Assembly: GCA_900315565.1 (NCBI GenBank)
Contig: OMZS01000021.1
Coordinates: 504 to 64,503, forward strand
DNA length: 64,000 nucleotides
Reading direction: 5' to 3'
Source of the DNA: an uncultured Prevotellaceae bacterium
GTDB lineage: Bacteria > Bacteroidota > Bacteroidia > Bacteroidales > Bacteroidaceae
Position numbers and translations under genes: made by a program. Shown here in pieces: positions 47,131-55,649 of the stretch. The notes under the pieces were generated by a model. It was not told the origin of the DNA, did no database searches, and saw only the letters and a program-made list of their open reading frames with translations. Each line of letters starts with the position of its first letter. Position 1 is the stretch's first letter.

Positions 47131-48209
47131 ATGAAAAAAAAGGTCCTCTTTATTCTCCACATGCCGCCACCTGTTCACGGGGCAGCCATGATAGGTCAAT
47201 ATATTCACGACAGCCGACAAGTAAACACAACCTTCGACTGCCGTTATATCAATCTGTCGTTGGCCAACAGCCTGACCGATATTGGAAAACCTAGCATGAA
47301 GAAAATGCTCAACTACCTCAGCCAGCTCCGAAAAATAAAGAAAGAAGCGCGCCAGTTCAACCCCGACTTGGTTTATGTCACCCCAAGCGCCGAAGGCAAT
47401 GCTTTCTACAAAGATTTCTTCGTGGTGCAGATGCTCAAGCGCCTGGGCTGCAAAGTGGTGGTGCACTATCACAACAAGGGCGTAAAGAACAGCCAAGGAA
47501 AGTTTTTCGACAACCTGCTCTACCGCCGCTTTTTCAAAAACCTGAAAGTCATTCTGCTGGCCGAAGTGCTCTACGACGATATTAAAAAATATGTTCAACC
47601 CGAGGACGTGATGTACTGTCCCAATGGAATACCCGAAATGCAATGATGAACCAACGACCCCTCAACATACTGTTTCTCAGCAACATGATAGAAGAGAAAG
47701 GTGTGTGGACACTCCTTTCTGCCTGTAGTCTGTTGCGCGACCGTGGCTGTCAGTTCCAATGCCATTTTGTGGGCCGTTGGAGCGACGTCAGCGAAGAATT
47801 GTTTCTGTCACGAATAGCCGACCTGCAATTGGGCAACTATGTGCAGGCTCATGGCGCCGTCTATGGAGACAAGCGCTCTGCTTATTTCAGCCGTGCCGAT
47901 GTGTTTGTGCTGCCCACGTTCTACCATAACGAGTGTTTCCCGTTGGTACTGCTCGAAGCCATGCAACATGGGCTGGCCTGCATCTCCACCAACGAAGGAG
48001 CCATTTCGCAGATTATCGACGACGAAGATACTGGCTTCATCATAGAGAGCCGCAATCCGTCGATGCTTGCCGACAAGCTGCAACTGCTCATACAGAAGCC
48101 CGAGCGCTGCCGGAAGATGGGACTCCGCGGCAACCTGAAGTTCAGAGAAAACTACACCATCGAGCATTTCGAACAACGGTTCATCGGCATTCTCAATTCC
48201 CTCCTTTGA
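47131..48209 (+). pseudogene. GT4-type glycosyltransferase split into two ORFs by a frameshift
   Basis: ORF 47131-47646 (N-half, ...YCPNGIPEMQ*) and ORF 47643-48209 (C-half, ...ILFLSNMIEEKGV..., EGFPLV-like CFPLVLLEAM) are in different frames. Together they total ~360 aa, a normal GT4 size. An A8 run lies at 47134-47141. The split could also be a sequencing error. Confidence 0.6.
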
Positions 48210-48230
48210 ACTTTGAACATTGAGCATTGA

Positions 48231-48384
48231 TCTTTGAACATTGAGTGTTAGGAAAGAAATTAGAATAATTAATATAATTATCCAAGAATTATTTTTATAA
48301 TTTATGGCGAAATTATTCTAATTATTCTAATTTCTTTCCTAAATATATCATTTCTCATTTTTCATTTATCATTTAGCGAAGCGC
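48231..48384 (+). repeat. Palindromic intergenic element, copy 1
   Basis: A perfect 23-bp inverted repeat pairs TAGGAAAGAAATTAGAATAATTA (48249-48271) with TAATTATTCTAATTTCTTTCCTA (48319-48341). It is flanked by TTGAACA words and by the TCATTTC...TCATTTAGCGAAGCG tail. It is near-identical to 51806-52014. Confidence 0.8.
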
Positions 48385-48388
48385 CCCC

Positions 48389-49141
48389 TTGTTTCTCTCC
48401 ACACTCAACATCCTCCCTTCGCGCGATGCGCTGGCAACCATTCCCGAAGGAAAGACACTTATCAACACCCTCAATGCCCACTCGTTCAACACAGCCCAGA
48501 ACGATCCCCTGTTTGCCGAGGCATTGCGTAAGGGCGACTATCTTTTGCCCGACGGAGGCAGCATCGTGATGGCATGCCGTTGGCTCAAGGCACAGTCGCA
48601 ACCCAAAGAGCGAGTGGCCGGATGGGATTTGTTTGTCTATGAGATGCAGCGTGTCAACAATGCTTTTGCCCAGCGTCAGCAGCAGGGTGTGTGCTTGTTT
48701 CTGGGCAGTTCTGAGCACGTTCTTAGCCTCATTCGGCAGCGGGCAGCCCACGACTATCCCCATCTGCGCATAGTCACCTATTCCCCACCCTACAAGGCTG
48801 AGTTCTCCGACGAGGACAGTCAGGCAATGGTCAGCTTCATCAACACCACCAATCCCGACTTGCTCTGGATTGGTATGACGGCACCCAAGCAAGAGAAATG
48901 GACTTACCAGAACTGGCACCAGTTGAACATTCATTGTCACGTAGGAACCATTGGAGCCGTTTTCGATTTCTATGCAGGAACCGTCAAGCGGGCCCCGCTC
49001 TTCTTTCAGCGCCACTCCTTGGAGTGGCTCCACCGCCTCCTGAGCAACCCCCGGCGCATGTGGCGACGCTACATTCTGGGCAATCCCCTTTTCATTTGGA
49101 ACATCCTCAAAGAAATATTCCACCCATCCTCCAACTCTTAA
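48389..49141 (+). CDS. WecG/TagA/CpsF-family glycosyltransferase
   Basis: 250 aa with an assumed TTG start. Motifs are INTLNAHSFN, LLPDGGSIV and LLWIGMTAPKQEKW. Confidence 0.8.
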   Translation: MFLSTLNILPSRDALATIPEGKTLINTLNAHSFNTAQNDPLFAEALRKGDYLLPDGGSIVMACRWLKAQSQPKERVAGWDLFVYEMQRVNNAFAQRQQQGVCLFLGSSEHVLSLIRQRAAHDYPHLRIVTYSPPYKAEFSDEDSQAMVSFINTTNPDLLWIGMTAPKQEKWTYQNWHQLNIHCHVGTIGAVFDFYAGTVKRAPLFFQRHSLEWLHRLLSNPRRMWRRYILGNPLFIWNILKEIFHPSSNS

Positions 49142-49215
49142 CTCCTTCCTCCAAACTCCCAATTCCCGTAAGCAGCGGCACCGCCGCTGCCCTCACCTCA
49201 AAAACTCCCCCTCCC

Positions 49216-50451
49216 ATGAACAATAAAGAAGAACAAATCCTTGTGCGCATCACAGGGCAGGACCGCCCAGGACTAACGGCCTCCGTGATGGGTATTCTCG
49301 CAAAATACAACGCACAAATCCTAGACATTGGCCAAGCAGACATCCACTCCACCCTGTCCCTCGGCATCCTCATCCGTATAGACGAAATGCACTCGGGCCA
49401 GGTGATGAAAGAATTGCTGTTCAAAGCTACCGAACTGGGAGTGAATATCGGATTCTCGCCCGTTGCCGACGATGAGTACGAGGCATGGGTGGGCCGTCAG
49501 GGCAAAAACCGCTATATTCTCACCATCATCGGCCGTACCCTCTCCGCACGCCAGATAGAAGCCGCCACCAAGGTGATTGCCGGGCAAGGACTGAACATCG
49601 ACTCCATACTCCGACTAACCGGACGAATGAGCATCAAGAACCCCGCCGAACATGTGCGCGCCTGCATACAGTTCTCACTACGCGGCACACCACGCGACCG
49701 TTCGCAGATGCAAGCCGAGCTGATGCGACTCTCGTCGGTCATGGAGATAGACTTCTCGCTCCAGAAAGACGACATGTATCGACGCATGCGCCGCCTCATT
49801 TGCTTCGACATGGACTCCACGCTCATTCAGACCGAATGCATCGACGAGCTGGCTGTCCGTGCCGGTGTGGGCGACCAGGTGAAAGCCATCACCGAGAGTG
49901 CCATGCGCGGAGAAATCGACTTCAAGGAGAGTTTCACCCGTCGCGTCGGTCTGCTCAAGGGCCTCGACGTGAGCGTCATGCAAGAAATTGCCGAAAATCT
50001 GCCCATCACCGAAGGAGCCGACCGCCTCATGGCGGTGCTGAAGCGCTGCGGTTACAAGATAGCCATTCTTAGTGGCGGATTCACCTTCTTCGGCGAGTAT
50101 CTACAGCGTCGCTATGGCATCGATTATGTCTATGCCAACGAACTGGAAATCGACGACGACGGAAAGCTCACAGGACGCTATGTGGGCGAGATTGTTGACG
50201 GCCACCGCAAAGCAGAGCTGCTCAAACTCATTGCTCAGGTTGAGAAAGTCAACCTCGCACAGACCATTGCCGTGGGCGACGGAGCCAACGACCTGCCCAT
50301 GCTCTCTGAAGCCGGACTGGGCATCGCCTTCCACGCCAAACCCCGTGTGGTGGCCAACGCCAAGCAAAGCATCAACACCATCGGCCTCGACGGAGTGCTC
50401 TATTTCCTCGGTTTCAAAGACAGCTACTTAGGTGAACAAGGAAAACTTTGA
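49216..50451 (+). CDS. serB: Phosphoserine phosphatase with N-terminal ACT-like domains
   Basis: 411 aa from ATG 49216. HAD motifs are CFDMDSTLI (DxDxT), ILSGGF and VGDGANDLPM. The listed start at 48898 overlaps the TagA-like gene and looks spurious. Confidence 0.85.
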   Translation: MNNKEEQILVRITGQDRPGLTASVMGILAKYNAQILDIGQADIHSTLSLGILIRIDEMHSGQVMKELLFKATELGVNIGFSPVADDEYEAWVGRQGKNRYILTIIGRTLSARQIEAATKVIAGQGLNIDSILRLTGRMSIKNPAEHVRACIQFSLRGTPRDRSQMQAELMRLSSVMEIDFSLQKDDMYRRMRRLICFDMDSTLIQTECIDELAVRAGVGDQVKAITESAMRGEIDFKESFTRRVGLLKGLDVSVMQEIAENLPITEGADRLMAVLKRCGYKIAILSGGFTFFGEYLQRRYGIDYVYANELEIDDDGKLTGRYVGEIVDGHRKAELLKLIAQVEKVNLAQTIAVGDGANDLPMLSEAGLGIAFHAKPRVVANAKQSINTIGLDGVLYFLGFKDSYLGEQGKL

Positions 50452-50523
50452 ACATTGAACTTTGAACATTGAACTTTGAGCATGATGCATTCTTCGTGAT
50501 GCATGATGCAGTTCTATATAATT

Positions 50524-50561
50524 CCCCGCAACTTGCTTCGGTGCAAATTGCGGGGATTTTT
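50524..50561 (+). terminator. Rho-independent terminator after serB
   Basis: The stem CCCCGCAA(C)TTGC / GCAA(A)TTGCGGGG is followed by ATTTTT. Confidence 0.7.
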
Positions 50562-50637
50562 GTACCTGTCCCCCTATCTCTAGGAGAAACAGCATCCTTT
50601 TGCTCTGGAGTATGAGGCTACTAACAGATGACGTTTC

Positions 50638-51780
50638 TCAGCTATTCTTTTTGTAACTCCTCACAGCCCAAGCAGCCATGAACAGACCGATGGCGAGGAG
50701 AGCATAGATTTGGTGGGCAATGGACGAGAAATTGCCTCCACGGATGAACACGGTGCGGATGGCGTCGATGAAATAGTGCATGGGGTTGATATAGGTGGTG
50801 AGATAGGCCCACGACGGCATGGAGCGTGTGGGGGTGAAGAGTCCGCTAAGGAGCATGATGCAAACCACAAAAAACCACATGACGAAGATGGCCTGCTGCA
50901 TGGCGTCGGAATAGTTTGAAATAATGAGTCCGAACGACGAGAAGAATAGCGCCAGCAGCATGGCGAGCAGATAGACGAGCCAAACGGAACCCGCTGGCGA
51001 GATGCCGTAGATGAGCCACGCCAACAGCAGACAGACGGTGATGACAAAGAGCGCAATGAGCCAGTAGGGAATGAGCTTGGCGAGTATAAAGGCCCATTTT
51101 GAAACGGGGGTAACGTTGATTTGCTCGATGGTTCCTGACTCCTTTTCGCCAACAATGTTGAGTGTGGGAAGGAATCCTGTCATCAGCATCATGACAATGG
51201 CAAAGAGGGCGGGAATCATGTAGAGCTTGTAGTTCTGGTGTTTATTGTAGAGCATGAGTACCTCTCCCCTCTTCATGCCCTGAGGTGAGGATACGGCAAC
51301 TTGCGAAATGCTGGCATGTGAAGACAGGTGGGGCGCGACAATCTGCGAGAGATAGGCTGAGCCTATGGCGCCTTTTGTGCCATTGACGGCATTGGCAGCA
51401 ATGAGCACCTGCGGGGCGGTGTGCCCCTGTGAGCCCTGCGACTGCTGCTGACTCTTGATAATGTCTTTGCTGAAGTTGGCGGGAATGACCACCATCACAT
51501 CGGCCTTGCCTTTTTCGATGTCGGCCAGAGCCGACTTGTAGGTGGGTTTCTGACCGTTGAAAATGAAGTAGCGAGAAGCCTCTATGCTGCGGACCAACTG
51601 CTGGGAGCGTGTAGAACGGTCGTTATCGACCACATCTACACGGATGTTCTTCACCTCCATCTGCATCACCCACGGCATTACACACATAATGACAATGGGG
51701 AACACAACGATGAGCTTGGGCAGAAAGGCATTGCGCCGTATCTGCAGAAACTCCTTTTGTATGAGATATTTCAGGGCCAT
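50638..51780 (-). CDS. ABC-2 type transporter permease
   Basis: 380 aa with an N-terminal TM segment, a large extracytoplasmic loop and 5 C-terminal TM segments. Confidence 0.8.
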   Translation of the reverse strand: MALKYLIQKEFLQIRRNAFLPKLIVVFPIVIMCVMPWVMQMEVKNIRVDVVDNDRSTRSQQLVRSIEASRYFIFNGQKPTYKSALADIEKGKADVMVVIPANFSKDIIKSQQQSQGSQGHTAPQVLIAANAVNGTKGAIGSAYLSQIVAPHLSSHASISQVAVSSPQGMKRGEVLMLYNKHQNYKLYMIPALFAIVMMLMTGFLPTLNIVGEKESGTIEQINVTPVSKWAFILAKLIPYWLIALFVITVCLLLAWLIYGISPAGSVWLVYLLAMLLALFFSSFGLIISNYSDAMQQAIFVMWFFVVCIMLLSGLFTPTRSMPSWAYLTTYINPMHYFIDAIRTVFIRGGNFSSIAHQIYALLAIGLFMAAWAVRSYKKNS

Positions 51781-51805
51781 AGAGATTTATCTTTGAACAT
51801 TGAAC

Positions 51806-52014
51806 TTTGAACATTGAGAGTTAGGAAAGAAATTAAAATAATTATTATAATTATCCAAGAATTATTATTTTAATTTATGGCGAAATTATTCTAATTATTC
51901 TAATTTCTTTCCTATCATTGAACATTGAACTTTGAACTTTATGATTTCACAATTTCTCATTTCTCATTTCTCATTTATCATTTAGCGAAGCGTCATTTCT
52001 CATTTAGCGAAGCG
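51806..52014 (+). repeat. Palindromic intergenic element, copy 2 (between two permease genes of one operon)
   Basis: The inverted repeat pairs 51822-51844 with 51892-51914 (1 mismatch). The core matches copy 1 closely by eye. It carries an extra TTGAACA-word insertion and a duplicated TCATTT...AGCGAAGCG tail. Confidence 0.8.
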
Positions 52015-52016
52015 CT

Positions 52017-53111
52017 TCAGAGTCTTATTTTGAATTTCTTCAGGGCAACAGCGAGTAGCAGGGCTGTCATCACGGCGAGGATGCTCACATCTTTTGCCAC
52101 ATCGCCAATGCCTACTCCCATGATCATCAGCTTGCGCATGGCGTCGATGTAGTAGCGTGGCGGCACCACGGCTGCCAGCCATTGCAGCACCATGGGCATC
52201 GACTCAACAGGAAACAACATGCCCGAAAGCATCACTACCGGCATGAGCAGCACCATGGCCGAGAGCAGAAGCGCAACGAGTTGGGTCTGGGCTATGCTTG
52301 AAATGAGCAACCCCAACGAGAGTGCCAGTAATATATACAAGGTGGAGACTGCGATAATCCATATCAGCGAGCCGGCAAGCGGCACACCGAGCACAAAACG
52401 GGCCATGAGCAGAATGATGACGAGGATGGTGAATGCCAGAGCCAGATAGGGCACGGCCTTGGCTATGATGACCACCAACGGCTTGACCGGCGACACAAGC
52501 AGCACTTCCATGGTGCCGCGCTCCTTTTCGCGGACTATAGAGATGGATGTCATCATGGCACAAATGAGCATGAGCAGCATGCCCATGATGGCGGGAACAA
52601 AGTTGTAAGCCGATTTCATCTGGGGGTTGTAGAGCATCTTCAGATTCACCGCCTGCGACGCGGGGTTTGCTATGGTCTGCTGCACGTAGTTGGTCCACTG
52701 TTGGGCCATGTTCGGGTCGCTTCCATCGACGATAAGTTGCAGGCCACGCCCTACACCTACAGTCCCCACGCCTGCCGCTGCCGACGTCTGTGGCAAGACC
52801 TCCTGCCGCCCAAACACCACGGCCAGGTCGGCCTTCTGGTTGCGTATGAGCTGCTCTGCCTCGCGAGGAGTGGAAACGGTCTGCGTAATGACAAAATACT
52901 CCGACTGTGCCAACCGTTCTACCACCTGCTGTGTGGAGGGCGACATTTGAGATGTTACCACCACCGTGCGCACATTCCTCACATCGGTGGAAATGGCAAA
53001 ACCGAAAAGCAGCATCATCACCACGGGCATGCCGAAGAGAATGAGCATGGTGCGACGGTCGCGCAAAATGTGGCGAGCCTCCTTGATAATGAACGATACG
53101 AACTGTTTCAT
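52017..53111 (-). CDS. ABC-2 type transporter permease
   Basis: 364 aa with the same topology as the downstream paralogue. Confidence 0.8.
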   Translation of the reverse strand: MKQFVSFIIKEARHILRDRRTMLILFGMPVVMMLLFGFAISTDVRNVRTVVVTSQMSPSTQQVVERLAQSEYFVITQTVSTPREAEQLIRNQKADLAVVFGRQEVLPQTSAAAGVGTVGVGRGLQLIVDGSDPNMAQQWTNYVQQTIANPASQAVNLKMLYNPQMKSAYNFVPAIMGMLLMLICAMMTSISIVREKERGTMEVLLVSPVKPLVVIIAKAVPYLALAFTILVIILLMARFVLGVPLAGSLIWIIAVSTLYILLALSLGLLISSIAQTQLVALLLSAMVLLMPVVMLSGMLFPVESMPMVLQWLAAVVPPRYYIDAMRKLMIMGVGIGDVAKDVSILAVMTALLLAVALKKFKIRL

Positions 53112-53140
53112 AGGTCTTCGAGAGTGATAGGGGGTTGTGG

Positions 53141-54607
53141 TTAGTCGCTGCTGCGAGTTGCCTGCCTGGCCAGGTAGGTGAAGACGTGGTCCATGTCGGG
53201 CTGACGGAACTCTTTTTTCAGTTGGTCGGGCGTGCCCATGGCTTTTATCTTTCCATCTACCATGATGGAGATGCGGTCGCAGTATTCGGCTTCGTCCATA
53301 TAGTGGGTAGTGACAAACACGGTAATGCCCCGGCTGGCAGCATCGTAGATGAGTTCCCAGAACTGTCGGCGAGTGGCGGGGTCAACTCCGCCCGTTGGCT
53401 CGTCGAGAAACACGATGCCCGGCTCATGGAAAATACTCACTGAGAAAGCCAGTTTCTGTTTCCATCCCAGCGGCAGGCTTTTCACCAACGTGTGTTTATG
53501 GTCGGCAAAGTGGAGCCTATGGAGCAGCTCGTCGGTTTTCTGATGGATGAGCTGGTCGTCCATGCCATAGATGCCGGCAAAAAGGCGTATGTTTTCGGCT
53601 ACGGTCAGGTCCTCGTAGAGCGAGAATTTCTGGCTCATATAGCCTATATGCTTCTTTATCTGTTCGTATTCTGTACGGATGTCGTAACCCACCACCCTTC
53701 CTATGCCACTCGTGGGCTGGTTAAGCCCTGTGAGCATGTGCATGGCGGTGGTCTTTCCTGCTCCATTGGCACCGAGAAAGCCGAAAATCTCTCCTTTCTT
53801 CACGGTGAACGAAATGTCGTCAACAGCATGAAACGACCCAAAGGCCTTCACCAGGTGCTCTACTTCGATGACGTTTTCTGCCGTTTGCACCTCGTCTGCC
53901 GCCTTCGCATGCTCAATGCCCGGAGGATTGAAAATGGCCGCAAACTCGGTGAGAATATGGTCGGGGGTGCCAATGCCACGAATGTGTCCCTGGTCGAGAA
54001 AAGCCACACGCTCACAACAGCGCACTTCGTCGAGGTAGGGCGTAGAGGCAACAATGGTGATGTTGCGCTCTTTCAGCATGGCGAGCATTTCCCACAGTTC
54101 CTTGCGGCTCACAGGGTCAACACCCGTGGTGGGCTCGTCGAGAAACAGCACACTGGGCTGATGGACCAAAGCGCACGACAGGGCCAGCTTCTGCTTCATG
54201 CCTCCCGAGAGTGCTCCGGCGCGACGGTTCCTGAAACGCTCTATTTGCGAATAGATGGCACGGATAGAGTCGTAGCCTTGCTCTATGGTGGTGCCAAAGA
54301 GCGTGGCAAAGAACTTCAGGTTTTCCTCCACCGTCAAGTCCTGATAGAGCGAAAACTTGCCTGGCATATAACCCACGCGCTTACGGATGTCGGTGAGTTG
54401 TTTCACCACATCGAAACCATCCACCGTGGCCGAGCCTGTTTCTGGAAGCAATAGCGAACACAGAATGCGAAACATGGTGGTCTTGCCGGCACCATCGGGA
54501 CCAATCAGACCAAACACTTCGCCTTTGCCCACGGTGAACGACACATCCTGCAATGCCCGTACTGCACCGTAGCTCTTGCTGACATTCTTTACTTCTATGG
54601 CATTCAT
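53141..54607 (-). CDS. ABC transporter ATP-binding protein with two tandem NBDs
   Basis: 488 aa. Walker A motifs are GPDGAGKTT and GANGAGKTT, the signatures are LSGGMKQKL and LPLGWKQKL, and the Walker B motifs are LFLDEPT and VFLDEPT. Confidence 0.9.
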   Translation of the reverse strand: MNAIEVKNVSKSYGAVRALQDVSFTVGKGEVFGLIGPDGAGKTTMFRILCSLLLPETGSATVDGFDVVKQLTDIRKRVGYMPGKFSLYQDLTVEENLKFFATLFGTTIEQGYDSIRAIYSQIERFRNRRAGALSGGMKQKLALSCALVHQPSVLFLDEPTTGVDPVSRKELWEMLAMLKERNITIVASTPYLDEVRCCERVAFLDQGHIRGIGTPDHILTEFAAIFNPPGIEHAKAADEVQTAENVIEVEHLVKAFGSFHAVDDISFTVKKGEIFGFLGANGAGKTTAMHMLTGLNQPTSGIGRVVGYDIRTEYEQIKKHIGYMSQKFSLYEDLTVAENIRLFAGIYGMDDQLIHQKTDELLHRLHFADHKHTLVKSLPLGWKQKLAFSVSIFHEPGIVFLDEPTGGVDPATRRQFWELIYDAASRGITVFVTTHYMDEAEYCDRISIMVDGKIKAMGTPDQLKKEFRQPDMDHVFTYLARQATRSSD

Positions 54608-54636
54608 GATGGTTGTATTCTCTGTTTTGGGACAAG

Positions 54637-55527
54637 TCAGAACTTCACTTCGCCATACATCCCGATCTTCACAAAACCGTCGTTCTGCACCGCCACTTTA
54701 ACGGCATACACCAGGTCGGCACGCTCATCGTCGGTAAGAATGCTCTTGGGGGTGAACTCCGAGCGCGAGGAAATCCACGTGATGGTGCCCTCGTACTCTT
54801 TTTTCTGTCCATTGCCATAGTCGGCAAAGACTTTCACCTTCTGTCCCAGCTTGACCGTCTGCAGCTGAGCCGAAGTGACGTAGGCCCGCATATACATGTT
54901 CTGCGTGTCGGCAATCTTAAAGAGCGGTTTGCCAACGGCCACAAACTCGCCGCGCTCCACATACTTTTCCAGCACAGTGCCTCCCGTGGGTGTCACGATG
55001 TGGCACTTGCGGAGCATGTCGCGCAGCTGGCTCACCTGTACGTCGGTGGCGGCTTTCTGCTTGTCCAGGGCACGGGTGCTGGTTGAGAGCGACGAAATCT
55101 GTGCCTCCAGCTGCCTTTGCAGCACTTTCACCTGGCTGACGGCATCGTCGAGCATTTTCGAGGGCGAAGCTCCGTCGGCCACCAGCTCGCGGTAGCGCTG
55201 TTCCTCTTGTCGGGCCTTGGCCAACTGCTGACGGGTGGCAGCTATCTGCCGCTCCATGTCGGGTTTCTGACTCTGATAGACTTCTTTTGTGGCACCTAAC
55301 TGCAATATCTTCAGCCAGGTCTGCGTAGTGTCTATCAGTCCCACCTCGCGGCCCATGTCCAGCTCGTCACCTTCGTTCACTTCCAACTTCAACAAGGCTC
55401 CGCTCTGCTCGGCAAATACCGTTGTTTCTGTGGCCTCAAACGTTCCGGTGGCATCATACTCTTTTTCTCTTGTTGAGCAGGCTGCCAACATTAGTGCAAT
55501 GCCTGCAAGTGCATATATCTTTCTCAT
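54637..55527 (-). CDS. HlyD-family membrane-fusion (periplasmic adaptor) lipoprotein
   Basis: 296 aa from ATG 55527 with the lipobox MLAACS, a coiled-coil-like middle and a beta-barrel C-terminus. Confidence 0.8.
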   Translation of the reverse strand: MRKIYALAGIALMLAACSTREKEYDATGTFEATETTVFAEQSGALLKLEVNEGDELDMGREVGLIDTTQTWLKILQLGATKEVYQSQKPDMERQIAATRQQLAKARQEEQRYRELVADGASPSKMLDDAVSQVKVLQRQLEAQISSLSTSTRALDKQKAATDVQVSQLRDMLRKCHIVTPTGGTVLEKYVERGEFVAVGKPLFKIADTQNMYMRAYVTSAQLQTVKLGQKVKVFADYGNGQKKEYEGTITWISSRSEFTPKSILTDDERADLVYAVKVAVQNDGFVKIGMYGEVKF

Positions 55528-55548
55528 ATCTGTATATTTTTCTTTTTT

Positions 55549-55649
55549 GTAGTTCAAGGAGTTCAAGAAGTTCAAGACAATAGCTTGATAACCTATCACC
55601 CAACACCCATCACTCAACTCCTAACTCCTAACTCCTAACTCCTAACTCA
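55549..55649. repeat. Word repeats in the tolC-hlyD spacer (GTTCAAGGA x3; TAACTCC x5)
   Basis: 55549-55578 reads gtagttcaaggagttcaagaagttcaagac. 55615-55649 reads caactcc/taactcc/taactcc/taactcc/taactca and abuts the tolC stop codon (55650-55652). Confidence 0.75.

Larger units (their letters stand above)
33335..49141 (+). other. Glycopolymer biosynthesis locus with teichoic-acid-type (phosphodiester) chemistry, 16 co-oriented genes
   Basis: The genes are tightly packed or overlapping on one strand. The locus is visibly lower in GC than its flanks. See the individual CDS entries. Confidence 0.75.

Noticed and set aside
48304-48321. Five-codon mini-ORF (ATG GCG AAA TTA TTC TAA) in the loop of the palindromic element, present in both copies
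   Set aside because: It is too short to evaluate, and its conservation is explained by the element's overall sequence identity. It is noted only as a possible leader peptide.
48898-49215. Long N-terminal extension of serB (ORF listed from 48898)
   Set aside because: The extension overlaps the 3' end of the TagA-like gene in another frame and is Pro/Ser-rich with low complexity. ATG 49216 gives a normal 411-aa ACT-HAD SerB.
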